Origin: a virus
DNA length: 64,000 nucleotides
IMG/VR virus record: IMGVR_UViG_3300037507_004165
Location: 90,138-154,137 of that record
Direction: 5' to 3' (one strand)
Shown: one piece after another, positions 31,416-41,847 of the stretch
How the letters are laid out: every line of letters begins with the position of its first letter
Numbering within the stretch: position 1 is the stretch's first letter
Translations under genes and position numbers: made by a program
The notes under the pieces: generated by a model
What the model was told of the DNA's origin: nothing
Databases searched by the model: none
What the model saw: the letters and a program-made list of their open reading frames with translations, nothing else

Positions 31416-31459
31416 AAATGGTGAGTGGTGATTTTATTATCACTACTCACCATTTTTTT
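31416..31459 (+). terminator. Long hairpin terminator
   Basis: AAATGGTGAGTGGTGAT...ATCACTACTCACCATTT followed by a T-tract. Confidence 0.7.
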
Positions 31460-31502
31460 ATTACTATAAAGCCATCCTAACAATCGAAGGGGATGTTAGA
31501 AT

Positions 31503-34500
31503 ATGCGTTTAAAGTTACGTAGTGGGTGGTTTATAGCTGTACCGATGCTCCTTATGAGCATCTTTTCTTTTGTCCCTACAAGGTCAGCAAATGCAGCTGA
31601 CGGCAATAAGCTAGTTTTTGCCTATCAACAAACCACAGTCTCCCAAGACGTTAACGTTTCCTCAACCATTGCTGGTGGAAGTACCCTCACGGCAACTGTC
31701 TCTGCCGCTGAGGTTCAAGATTGGAAGCCATCATCTGACACACTTGCCCTTGGCATTCAACTCCTGGGCTCTGGTGGTGGGAGCATCTATTCCCACAGCA
31801 CTGGCTTCCTTAGCCTTACTGATGGTGGGGTCTTTAATGATTATTCTATTAGTGTCACTGCGGCAGGGGTGGGCGCTGGTTGGAACAGCGTAACCACGGC
31901 TCGTATTTTTATCATTGGTCAAGATGGCGAGTTATGGGCTGGTAACTACGGAACCCAAGTTGAGTCAGCATCTCTCAAACTTGACGGAACAGAACTGCTT
32001 ACTAATACAGAGTTTGTAACAAGTTCAAGCTGGACATCCTCAGTTGGGTGGCAGACATGTTCTGCCAATTCTGGCTACCAACCCTGCGTTGGTATTAGTG
32101 CTGTTCAGATAAACAACGCATCAACTACTACGGTTGCCACCACAACAACGGCTGCCCCGACTACTACCGTCCCCCCAACCACAACAGTTCCTCCTGCGCC
32201 ACTTGATGGCTCTGCTTGTGCTACTTCAACAACCTCAAACAACTACGCTTACGGAGGATCAGGAATCCTGGCAAGTTCTTCGCCTGATACATTCCGACTA
32301 ACGCAAGCAGCTGGCAACCAGTTTGGAGCCATCTGGAACAAGGCTAGGTTTGATATATCAGAAGATTTCTGTGTTAAAGCTGAAGTTTATTTGGGTTCAA
32401 ACGATGGTGGTGCTGATGGACTGGCTTTCGTGATGCAGCCAAACTCAGTTGCAGCAGGGTCAACTGGAGGTGGCTTAGGGTATGCGGGCATCACTCCATC
32501 GTTTGCTTTGGAGTTTGATACATGGCCGAACAGTGATCCATCAGCTGACCATATCGGTCTGATGTACAACGGCAATACAAGTCACTATGCAGGTACTCAA
32601 TGGCCAACCGGTGCAGAAGGCGAACAGTCTGGTGTGTATGCACCAGTTGAACTTTCCGACATTGAAGATAATCAGTGGAGATATTTTAAACTGTTCTGGG
32701 ATTCAGAAACAGAAGAACTCAGTGTGTTCTTTGACAGAAATGCAGATGGAGACTTATCCGATTCTGGTGAACTTGTTTATGACGCTGTAGCCATTGACCT
32801 TGGGTCAATATTCACTACTGGAAATGCCTACTGGGGATTCACTGCCGCCACCGGTGGTGCCAACAACCTCCAGCAAGTTCGCAACATTACATATGAAGCA
32901 CTCAATCGTGCAAATGTTTCGCCTACAATGCCCACAGCACCAGCAAGCGCGACTATCCAGTCCACAACAATAGGAACAGTTCCATTTGTTTTAGCTGATG
33001 ACTCAACAAGTCAATCACAGTGGACATTCACAACCTCTTCTAGCGACACAGCAATAGTTCCAACTAATGCCATTTCCGTAAGCATGTCTTCATCTACTCA
33101 GGGGGCACTATCAATCACGCCAGCTTACACAGCAAATGGTGGATCATCAACTGTGACACTGAATGCCACAGATGCTGACGGAACAACTATTTCTGCATCA
33201 TTTTTGGTTACTGTTACTGCAGCCCCGAATGCTCTTATTGTCTCTTCTTTAGCTGATACAAATACTTCAGGCACACTGCGTTGGGCAATTAATCAAGCCA
33301 ATGCTCAGTCTGGTGGCATGTATGATGCTATCCAAATTACAACACAGGGCACAATCACTCTCACTTCTGACTTACCAGCAATTACGCAGGGCGTTACGAT
33401 TACTGGAACAGGTATGAGTACCACAATTGTTGATGGTAATAATCTTTATCGCGCAATTTATAATAACGGATCTCGAACAATCGTCATTGAAGACATGACA
33501 TTTAAGCAAGGCAAAAACGTTTCTTGGAACGGTGGTCTCATCTACAACGCAAGCGGCACGATGACATTTAACAGAATAAAGATTTCTAATCACTCATCGT
33601 GGGCCTTCTACCAAGGCGGTGGTGGTGTAACCACGTTCAATAATTCGCAGTTTGCCAATAATGGTTATGCAATTACTTCTGACCATGGGACTACACCAAC
33701 CTCACTTAGCCTTTTTGATACTTCTTATACCAATCGCATTTACATTAATAATTCAGTATTCACATCTAATACCTATGGCATTCGCACTGAACGCTTTACA
33801 AAAATTGAGAACAGCCAATTCACTGGCAATACTTATGGTGCGGTTCTCAATGGTCTCAACCGTCAGCAAGTTATAAATTCGACATTTACCAACAATACTG
33901 GGGCTGCAGTTTATTTTTCATCTTGGATTCCAACGTCTTGGACACCGGGAGCGGGAAATCAAACTGTTTCAGGAAGCATTTTTAACGGTAATAATGTAGC
34001 AATCCAGTTTGCCAACAGCTTTAATAATGGTGCAAGTACATACAACAATGTAAGTGCTAACTCCTGGTCGACATCGACAAATAATACTTTTGGCGCAACA
34101 TCTTCAAATACGACCAACTATTCTGGTTCTGGGCATGTATCCACTGGAGACACAGTAACAGTATTAACAATTTGTGCACCAAGAAATCTTACCGTAACAG
34201 AAACTGGTGACAACATTGTTTTAGATTGGGACGCACCTAATTGCGGAACACGTCAGCCAGAACGTTATGCAATAATGTTTACTTCTGGAAGTCTCGCAGG
34301 ATGGGGTGTGGCAACTGGCAATGTTGGAGACGCCAATGCTCTTAATACTTACTATACATTTACCAAATCATATTTCAGTGGATTCGATGTGGCTCCTGGC
34401 TCGACTTGGAGATTTTCTGTTCGTTCAGACAACGACACTCTTGGCTTGTATTCTGACAGAACGGATGAGGTATCAATTGCAATTGGTACTCCGCCCACTA

Positions 34501-35831
34501 CAACCACTACAACTGAACCAGCATCAAGTGAGGTCACAAATCCTTCTGCTCCTTCATCCACTCTTCCTGATGGCGACGGAGAGCAGCCCTCAGAGACAAC
34601 CACGACTTCAGTGCCTCCCATAGAAGACGAAGAAGAAGCAACGACTACTACTCTTCCTGAATCGGACGGCGGAGACGATCAAGACCAGCCTGAGGGGGTC
34701 CAACCTGATGATGAGCAGCAGGAGCCTGAAACAGATCAGACCCCTCCTTTTGATGGACCACAAGAATCAGAAGAAGAGCAGCCGATAGACACAACAGGCC
34801 CAGAAGAAACATCGCCAGAACAAACAGAAAATATATCACAAGAGACAATAGTAACACAAGAGGAATTAGAAAGTCTTATTGAAGACATATCTTCTGAAGA
34901 AATTCAAGTGGAACAGGTGCTAGAGGTAATTGAGGACCTTAATGCAGAGCAATTAACAGAAGTATTAGAGGCTATAGAACCAGAAAAATTGGCTGAAGTA
35001 ATAGATGAATTATCTGAGGAGCAGGTTACTGATCTTATTGAAAATATTGAGTCAGCTGAGGCTTTAGATAATGTGATCAGCGCAATCGCTGATTCAGAAG
35101 AGCCACTAGAAGCGGCTGTTGCAGTTGCCATCATTTTAAATGATAACTTTGCTGAGATATCTACAGAAGCAGCTCAGGAGGTCTTTGCCAGTGTTGATTC
35201 CGATGCTTTTACGGAAGAGCAAAAGTCTGAATTGTCAGAGACATTGACAGAAGCACCAGCTGAAATTAAAGAAGCTTTTGAAGAGGAAATAAACGTTTAT
35301 GCAGAGGGCTTTGATGAGTACGTTCCATTAGGTTCCAATGTAGACGTAGGAGCGCGTAGGACGCTTATAGCAGCTTCTGCTGTGCTATCCACAATAGCTG
35401 TAGCCGGAGCTGCTGGAGCAGCTTCTGGAGGCCCTACAGGGCCTTCTGGAGGGTCGTCTGGTGGTGGAAGTGGCTCTGGTGGAGGATCACCTGCATCTGG
35501 CACAAACGACGCTGCCAGAAGAGAAGATGAAGAAGAAGAAGCTTCTGGAGAAATAGCTGGTCCAGAGGATGACGAAGATGAAAAAAATTATACAAAAAAT
35601 AGCATATTCAAATACTATATAGAAGGGGGTATAGAAATGAAAAAACTAGATTGGGTAGGCCTTGGCAAAAAGATTTGGGAAATTAGTGCTGGTTTGGCCT
35701 TTACTATGGCTGGTAGCTTTGTAATGTTCATAACATTGTCTGGCGATACCAGAAAAATGGCCATCATAGCTACAGCTGTAGCCCTTGGTGTTCATTATGT
35801 CCATGAGGTATTTAAAAAAGACGAGGAGTAA
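31503..35831 (+). CDS. Large secreted, membrane-anchored surface protein (L-type lectin, Ig/cadherin-like, beta-helix, Fn3, acidic stalk, C-terminal TMs)
   Basis: Signal peptide; GADGLAFV/EFDTW/WGFTAATGG legume-lectin motifs; GTLRWAI..AN; APRNL..WDAP; Thr/Pro linkers; two C-terminal TMs. Confidence 0.8.
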   Translation: MRLKLRSGWFIAVPMLLMSIFSFVPTRSANAADGNKLVFAYQQTTVSQDVNVSSTIAGGSTLTATVSAAEVQDWKPSSDTLALGIQLLGSGGGSIYSHSTGFLSLTDGGVFNDYSISVTAAGVGAGWNSVTTARIFIIGQDGELWAGNYGTQVESASLKLDGTELLTNTEFVTSSSWTSSVGWQTCSANSGYQPCVGISAVQINNASTTTVATTTTAAPTTTVPPTTTVPPAPLDGSACATSTTSNNYAYGGSGILASSSPDTFRLTQAAGNQFGAIWNKARFDISEDFCVKAEVYLGSNDGGADGLAFVMQPNSVAAGSTGGGLGYAGITPSFALEFDTWPNSDPSADHIGLMYNGNTSHYAGTQWPTGAEGEQSGVYAPVELSDIEDNQWRYFKLFWDSETEELSVFFDRNADGDLSDSGELVYDAVAIDLGSIFTTGNAYWGFTAATGGANNLQQVRNITYEALNRANVSPTMPTAPASATIQSTTIGTVPFVLADDSTSQSQWTFTTSSSDTAIVPTNAISVSMSSSTQGALSITPAYTANGGSSTVTLNATDADGTTISASFLVTVTAAPNALIVSSLADTNTSGTLRWAINQANAQSGGMYDAIQITTQGTITLTSDLPAITQGVTITGTGMSTTIVDGNNLYRAIYNNGSRTIVIEDMTFKQGKNVSWNGGLIYNASGTMTFNRIKISNHSSWAFYQGGGGVTTFNNSQFANNGYAITSDHGTTPTSLSLFDTSYTNRIYINNSVFTSNTYGIRTERFTKIENSQFTGNTYGAVLNGLNRQQVINSTFTNNTGAAVYFSSWIPTSWTPGAGNQTVSGSIFNGNNVAIQFANSFNNGASTYNNVSANSWSTSTNNTFGATSSNTTNYSGSGHVSTGDTVTVLTICAPRNLTVTETGDNIVLDWDAPNCGTRQPERYAIMFTSGSLAGWGVATGNVGDANALNTYYTFTKSYFSGFDVAPGSTWRFSVRSDNDTLGLYSDRTDEVSIAIGTPPTTTTTTEPASSEVTNPSAPSSTLPDGDGEQPSETTTTSVPPIEDEEEATTTTLPESDGGDDQDQPEGVQPDDEQQEPETDQTPPFDGPQESEEEQPIDTTGPEETSPEQTENISQETIVTQEELESLIEDISSEEIQVEQVLEVIEDLNAEQLTEVLEAIEPEKLAEVIDELSEEQVTDLIENIESAEALDNVISAIADSEEPLEAAVAVAIILNDNFAEISTEAAQEVFASVDSDAFTEEQKSELSETLTEAPAEIKEAFEEEINVYAEGFDEYVPLGSNVDVGARRTLIAASAVLSTIAVAGAAGAASGGPTGPSGGSSGGGSGSGGGSPASGTNDAARREDEEEEASGEIAGPEDDEDEKNYTKNSIFKYYIEGGIEMKKLDWVGLGKKIWEISAGLAFTMAGSFVMFITLSGDTRKMAIIATAVALGVHYVHEVFKKDEE

Positions 35832-36289
35832 AATATGAGCCGAATACTTTCGGCAAAAGTTGATACTAGAGTAGAAGAAGTAAAATCTTCTTTGGAACAG
35901 TTTTTATCTGAGATATCAAAACAGGAGAGAGACTTGTTCTCTTATAGTGAAATAGAAAATATGTTACTTGATATATATAACTTAGTAAGATAATATTGGT
36001 ATATGAAAGAAAGATTTTTTATTGATAAACTAAGTTGTTGGTGGGCACTTGGAGTTACAGTGGGCACCGAAAAAGGCGATAGATATGTAGGCGTCTATCT
36101 GCTTAAGTGGATGATAGGATTTAAATTAGAAAGAAAATAAAATGGCTAAATGTTGCAAGCACAAAAAAGAAGTACATTGTCAGTGCGATTGTCACCAAAG
36201 GTTAACTCATAGCTGCGAAACAAAAAAGGGCTTTTGGTCAAGACTTTTTAAAAGATAATTTATTCTTCTGGCTGTTCTTTAATAAAAAT

Positions 36290-36739
36290 TTAAACCCAAG
36301 CTTTGGTGCCACTCATATCCACTGACACCTCTCTAAAGTCTGGCATATTGCTTGTGTCTTGGTTTCCATTTATCGCAAAGACCTCTGCACGAAAAACTTC
36401 TCGTGCCTCCAAATAAGGACCTGCATAGCTGGGGTCAATGCCTACATAAGTAGGTTGACCGTTGAAGTCCACAATTTTCCCATTGAGTGGTAGTCCGCCC
36501 CCCTTGCTGACCAAATCGGCGTAGGCGTTATAAAGAGATTTGTTATATAGAGCTAAATCTTCTGCTCTAAAGTTCCAGTCAAAGTAGTGCACCATTTTGT
36601 AAACCCAGTCCGGAAGCCCAACGAGCCAGCGGTCGCAAGGTTGACCTACCCCATCACCACCAAGGCCATACCACCTAACGTAATCTTCACCGCAATCTGA
36701 GCGATGATAAACAATTCCGTCACCATTTTTCTTTGCCAT
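36290..36739 (-). CDS. Hypothetical protein
   Basis: 149 aa ORF with a GAGGA RBS. Confidence 0.65.
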   Translation of the reverse strand: MAKKNGDGIVYHRSDCGEDYVRWYGLGGDGVGQPCDRWLVGLPDWVYKMVHYFDWNFRAEDLALYNKSLYNAYADLVSKGGGLPLNGKIVDFNGQPTYVGIDPSYAGPYLEAREVFRAEVFAINGNQDTSNMPDFREVSVDMSGTKAWV

Positions 36740-36740
36740 T

Positions 36741-37022
36741 TTATTCCTCTATTTCTGTAATATCGTTACCGTTTTTATCTTTGGTATTTCGGCCCGTTGA
36801 AATCATTAAGCCAGCAAGCGTGCCAGTTATAAAAGTTGCAACGCTTGAAAGAACGCCAAAAAACATCTTGTCATTTTCAGCTTGAGCACCTATGGGCTGA
36901 GTAACAAATACTAGTGCGTACAATACTCCAACCGTTGTTATAGTCAATACTCCAGCCAGCACGCAGCCAACAACAAACTTAAGGCGAGCATCTAACTCTT
37001 CTGGTGTTAATCTTTTTTTCAT
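36741..37022 (-). CDS. Two-TM membrane protein
   Basis: ATGA overlap start at 37022; two hydrophobic helices. Confidence 0.7.
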   Translation of the reverse strand: MKKRLTPEELDARLKFVVGCVLAGVLTITTVGVLYALVFVTQPIGAQAENDKMFFGVLSSVATFITGTLAGLMISTGRNTKDKNGNDITEIEE

Positions 37023-37228
37023 GGTTGATCCCCTTGCGGAATTTCTGTTGAATTTGTTGGATCGAATCCAATTAAGTTTTCTGTACACATTCCATCTACT
37101 AGGCATACTGGTGGATTACACTCCTCATTTTCCCAATTTTCTGGATCTTGACATTCGTAACGATAGTGTCCTTCGTATCCACATCCAGATAAAACCAAAA
37201 TAGCCACCGCCACTAATGCCTTTTTCAT
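37019..37228 (-). CDS. Small lipoprotein
   Basis: Lipobox LSGC; RYECQDP.NW...C.PP.C...G.C. Confidence 0.75.
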   Translation of the reverse strand: MKKALVAVAILVLSGCGYEGHYRYECQDPENWENEECNPPVCLVDGMCTENLIGFDPTNSTEIPQGDQP

Positions 37229-37494
37229 TCTGCATCGGTTGCTTTCTTCGCCTTCTTGTCCACCTTGTTGAATACTTCGTTGATTTCTTTTGCGCTTAAC
37301 TTACCGTCATCAAGAAAAGCTCTTGACAACCCTTCAACAACGGTTGCAACACCGGCGATACCGGCCATAAATACAGCTTTCCATATTGGTACTCCAGCTA
37401 TTGTGCCAGCACCAACTACTCCAAGCCCGCTAGCAGCGAAGGTGGCAAGTATTCTTAAACATATATTCTTTAGTTGTTCCATTTTAAAATCCAA
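37225..37494 (-). CDS. Small membrane protein (holin-like)
   Basis: Two Gly/Ala-rich TM segments; DDGKL..EIN..F. Confidence 0.65.
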   Translation of the reverse strand: MDFKMEQLKNICLRILATFAASGLGVVGAGTIAGVPIWKAVFMAGIAGVATVVEGLSRAFLDDGKLSAKEINEVFNKVDKKAKKATDAE

Positions 37495-37591
37495 TCAAAT
37501 TTAGGTGTTTGTCAGAAATATAGTAATTATAAACAACCCGATACTTATGGTAGATCAAAGTTAATGTAGATGGTATAATATAAATATACTT

Positions 37592-37825
37592 TTGTATTTT
37601 AAAATCCAAAGAGGTTTAGCCATGCCCCAGTTTAATGAGTCCTTAACAAGAAAAAACAATAGGTTAATACTTACTGAATATTGGGAAAAAAGGGGTGTAG
37701 TTATTCCTAAAAACGAGTCAATCGATGACTACATCGTGGTGCCTGGGGATAAAACTGACTGGTTATTTTATCCCTTAATTATTCGTATCAAAAGTCTATT
37801 TAAAAAGATAGGTAAAAATGATTAA
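37592..37825 (+). CDS. Hypothetical protein
   Basis: Follows TGGTATAAT at 37571; likely start is the ATG at 37622 with a GAGG RBS. Confidence 0.55.
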   Translation: MYFKIQRGLAMPQFNESLTRKNNRLILTEYWEKRGVVIPKNESIDDYIVVPGDKTDWLFYPLIIRIKSLFKKIGKND

Positions 37826-38105
37826 ATTTAGCGATATAATTAAAATCTCAAAAAGATTCTTTCAAAAAGATTACTGGACAAAAGTAAATATAATAGAGGC
37901 TTGGGCTTTTTTCACAAAGATAATAATCATATTCCCAGGTTTACTATTTGGGAAACAATGGTGGTGGTTGTACATATTCGCACTTGTTTCTAGTGCCGCT
38001 CTAGTGCTAACATCAACTATTAAAACTCTTCCAACGATTATATGGTTTAATCTTGTGTGGATCATACTAGCTAGTTCAGCAATTTTAAAACACTTTTTAT
38101 TTTAA
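37818..38105 (+). CDS. Small multi-TM membrane protein
   Basis: Three hydrophobic segments. Confidence 0.65.
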   Translation: MIKFSDIIKISKRFFQKDYWTKVNIIEAWAFFTKIIIIFPGLLFGKQWWWLYIFALVSSAALVLTSTIKTLPTIIWFNLVWIILASSAILKHFLF

Positions 38106-38114
38106 AGGAGCTTT

Positions 38115-39302
38115 ATGCCTAAAAAGAAAAAAATAGTTGTAGTCGGTAGGGGCACTGGAGGTTCTTTATCTGCAGCCCATATGTCAAGGTGGATGTCAGA
38201 CCATGAAGTGGAGTGGCATTTTGATCCAAACATACCCCCACAAGCAGTGGGTGAAGGCTCTACTGTAGAGCTTCCAAAAAGCCTTTATGAAGACGTGTAT
38301 TTTAGGCATGAAGATCTACAGAAAATAGATGGAAGTTTTAAGTCCGGTATCTATAAAAAAAATTGGGGACTGAATGGCATTGAGTACATACATGGTTTTA
38401 TTCCTTATAGAATATCATATCATTTTAATGCGCTAAAACTTCAAGATTATATTCTTAACAAACTAAAAGATACAATTAAAATTGTAGAAGTTAATCATGA
38501 GGATAGCGAAAGTATAGACGCCGATTATGTGTTAGATTGTTCTGGTAGGCCAAAAGTTTATGACAAACATAATGTATCGCCCTATATACCAGTCAATTCA
38601 GTTTACGTTACTCAATGTTACTGGGACTACGCAAGGTTTCAATACACGCTAACTATAGCTAGGCCATATGGTTGGATATTTGGAATACCCTTACAGAATA
38701 GATGTTCTATAGGTTATTTATTCAACAAAGATATAAATTCTTTGGATGAAATAAAAGAAGATGTAAAAAATATCTTTGAAGAATATAATTTGACTCCGAG
38801 TGATCATACAAATCATTTTAGTTTTCAAAGTTATTCAAGAAAACAAAACTTTACCGATAGAATAGCCTATAACGGCAACGCTTCATTTTTTCTTGAGCCT
38901 CTTGAAGCAACTTCAATAGGTGTAATTGATAGAATAAATAGGCTAGCTCATTGGTTTTGGACAGATCGAAGCACAGCAAGCGAAGCCAACTATGAATACG
39001 ATAGATATCTCAAAGAGGCTGAAGCAATAATAATGTTACACTACTTTTCTGGTTCAGTTTTTGATACTGAATTTTGGAAGTACGCAAAAGATCGTGGTGA
39101 TCAGTGTATTTCAGATCAAATAAATAGTAGTCAAGACTTTAAAAATATTGTTCAATATTGTTTAGAACAAAAAAATAATTGGGACAAACTTTCTCTGCAT
39201 CAAGATGCGCTTCCTGGGAGTAGTCAAATTTGGTCAACCCCATCTTTTATACAAAATATATATGAGCTGCAAATAGAAGAAAAGCTTAAAAAAATACTGT
39301 GA
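38115..39302 (+). CDS. Tryptophan halogenase-like flavoprotein (phage PrnA-like)
   Basis: Motifs VVGRGTGG, VGEGS, DCSG, GW.FGIPL and GNASFFLEPLEATS. Confidence 0.85.
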   Translation: MPKKKKIVVVGRGTGGSLSAAHMSRWMSDHEVEWHFDPNIPPQAVGEGSTVELPKSLYEDVYFRHEDLQKIDGSFKSGIYKKNWGLNGIEYIHGFIPYRISYHFNALKLQDYILNKLKDTIKIVEVNHEDSESIDADYVLDCSGRPKVYDKHNVSPYIPVNSVYVTQCYWDYARFQYTLTIARPYGWIFGIPLQNRCSIGYLFNKDINSLDEIKEDVKNIFEEYNLTPSDHTNHFSFQSYSRKQNFTDRIAYNGNASFFLEPLEATSIGVIDRINRLAHWFWTDRSTASEANYEYDRYLKEAEAIIMLHYFSGSVFDTEFWKYAKDRGDQCISDQINSSQDFKNIVQYCLEQKNNWDKLSLHQDALPGSSQIWSTPSFIQNIYELQIEEKLKKIL

Positions 39303-40724
39303 TAATTCGGAATTAACGAAGCGTCCCACGACGCTTCAATAACTTTAATTGATGATGGGGAAATTATTTTTGCTGGACACGCAGAAAGGTTTAGCAAGAA
39401 AAAGAATGATTGGTACAATAATCAAGAAATATTTAGATATATATCTAGATATGGTTCAGCTTCTGAAGTAGCTTACTATGAAAAACCTTTATTAAAAAAA
39501 AGTAGATTAATTTTAACCGGCAATAATTCTGATTGGAAGCCAAAAAATCTACCTAAATTACCGGTTAAATTCTTTAGCCATCACCAATCGCACGCAGCCG
39601 CTGGATATTATACAAGCAGCTTTGAAAGCGCAGTGATAGTAGTCCTAGATGCAATAGGTGAGTGGAACACCTGTTCAATTTGGATCGGTGATAAAGAAAA
39701 AATATATTGTGTAGAAAAAATAAATTATCCATTTAGTTTTGGTCTTTATTATTCAGCTTTTACAGCTTTGGTTGGTCTTAAGCCAAACGAAGAAGAGTAC
39801 ATTTTTATGGGAATGGCCGCTTATGGTGATGAAAATAAATATAAAAGTTTAATAGAAGATTACTTTCCTTCAATTGAAAAACAAAAATATAATTTTCATC
39901 ACGGTATAAATGATTGGCCATTTCAAATAGACGAACAAGGCAAATTTGATATTGCCGCCGCCGCTCAACACGTTTATGAACAAAGACTGCTTGAGTTTAT
40001 GTCTTACGCAAAAAAAATAACTGGGAAAAATAATCTAGTTTTTATGGGTGGCTGCGCGCTTAATTGTTCTGCGAATACAAAATTATGGAAAATATTTGAT
40101 GACATTTGGATAATGCCTAACCCAGGGGACTCAGGTTCATCCTTGGGTGCAGCTGCTTGTCTTTATGGTAGACACGTTAAATGGAGTCATCCTTATTTAG
40201 GATACGATTTGGCAAATGAATACCCCATCGATCAGACAATTGCTACGCTTCTTGGCAAAGGTGTAGCGCCAGTAGCTGCTGGTAAAGCTGAATATGGTCC
40301 CAGAGCTTTAGGTAACAGAAGCATATTTGCAGACCCTAGACATAAGAGCACCAGGGACAAGGTAAATGTATTGAAGGGAAGAGAGCTTTTTAGACCATTT
40401 GCTCCAGTTGTTTTAGAGAAGCATGCTAATCAATGGTTTGATATGCCGACTAAATCAAGTCCCTATATGCAGTACGCAATCACATGCAAGAGACCAGAAG
40501 ATATTCCTGCAGTAGTACATGCCGATGGAACTTCAAGAGTTCAAACAGTTAATGAGCAACAACACGCTGGCTTGTATAAACTTCTTAAGGAGTGGCACTC
40601 TTTATCGGGGATACCCATCTTGCTAAATACCAGTTTAAATATAAAAGGTCAACCACTTTTAAATGATGAAAATGATATAATAAATTGGAATCAAAATAAC
40701 TTTAAAAATAAAATTATTGTTTAG
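39299..40724 (+). CDS. Carbamoyltransferase (NodU/CmcH family); 474 aa, GTG start 39299, +1 shift at CGGA 39308-39311
   Basis: MII-G-INEASHDAS, ERF.K.KND, HH.SHAAAG, MGMAAYG, GGCALN, GPRALGNRS and LNTSLN. Confidence 0.88.
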
Positions 40725-40869
40725 AATTATTTTGATCAATCTTTAAAGGAAATATAGGCTATGAATAGTAACTTGATAAGAAAAATCAATCGAACAAAAA
40801 TTAAATGTCTTAAAAATTTTCGCAGAATAAAAATGATTATAAAAAGTTTTACAAAAAGAAAAGGTCCCT

Positions 40870-41838
40870 ATGTCTATTAAGGGTAAACACTCTGCTAGAC
40901 ACAACCTCACTTTTGTTCCACGTGATTTGGAGTCGCCTTCCGCATCTCAACCACCTTCACCATTATGTAATCCAAAATCCGAATATCATACTCCCTGGCT
41001 TTATAACTACAGTAGAAACTCTTTTGGATTTAGATGCTCAGAATTTTCTGGCAATGCGGACCTAGTAGTTCTTGGGTGTTCTCATACGTATGGCGTTGGG
41101 ATGCCCATAGAGTATACGTGGCCTGCCCACGCATCACAATTAACAGGCTTAAAAGACTACGTAAATTTAGCTATGCCAGGGTCAAGTATATTTTTTCAAG
41201 TAAGGCTATTGGCAAATTACATAAGGCAATACAGCACACCGAAAGTAGTTCTCGCTAATTTCCCAGATCTAAACAGATATGAAACTGTCGACGATAATGG
41301 GGACTTAAGGCATGGGAGCACTTTGGATGTTTGGTTTGAAGACTATTCAAGAACTCCAGCGTATTCTCATTTTCAAAGTCTTCAAGCGCTTAATTTTTTG
41401 GAGGCGATTTGCAAATCAAATAACATAAAGCTAGTGTGGCAGTTTTGGACTGCTGTTGGAGATCCTTTGGGCAATTTAAATGCAGTGATGGGCGATTTGC
41501 AGAAATACTTTTCCTACTGTGTTGACCTATTTGATCACACCGGATGGGCCATTTCCCATGAAGATTTTAAATATGATAAAAAAAATAAAGTATTAGAATA
41601 CTGCGGGTATAGATCCGCTGTACCGTGTTGCGAGGATTTATATAATAAGTCCAAAGAGTGTTTCCACCTAGCCTATGATAGGTATGAGGTGCCATCTAAA
41701 TATCAAAATGTGTACATAGAAAAAGATCTGCTGGAAAAAAAGCTCGATTCTACAATAGGTAGCGCACCTGGGATGAACGCACATTTAGGGGCTCATTCTC
41801 ATTGGCACTGGGCCAAAAATTTAATAGAAAACATATAG
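40870..41838 (+). CDS. SGNH-like hypothetical protein
   Basis: NS.GFR, LGCSHTYGVG, NLA.PG.S and C-terminal H.G..SH. Confidence 0.65.
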   Translation: MSIKGKHSARHNLTFVPRDLESPSASQPPSPLCNPKSEYHTPWLYNYSRNSFGFRCSEFSGNADLVVLGCSHTYGVGMPIEYTWPAHASQLTGLKDYVNLAMPGSSIFFQVRLLANYIRQYSTPKVVLANFPDLNRYETVDDNGDLRHGSTLDVWFEDYSRTPAYSHFQSLQALNFLEAICKSNNIKLVWQFWTAVGDPLGNLNAVMGDLQKYFSYCVDLFDHTGWAISHEDFKYDKKNKVLEYCGYRSAVPCCEDLYNKSKECFHLAYDRYEVPSKYQNVYIEKDLLEKKLDSTIGSAPGMNAHLGAHSHWHWAKNLIENI

Positions 41839-41847
41839 GAGAACATT

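Noticed and set aside
14907-39311. Frameshifts as random sequencing/assembly indels or pseudogenisation
   Set aside because: All 10 are +1, all fall at an in-frame CGG on a codon boundary before a Gly codon, and 8 are not in C runs. I found no other kind of break in 64 kb, and a cognate tRNA is present. Read-level confirmation is still needed.
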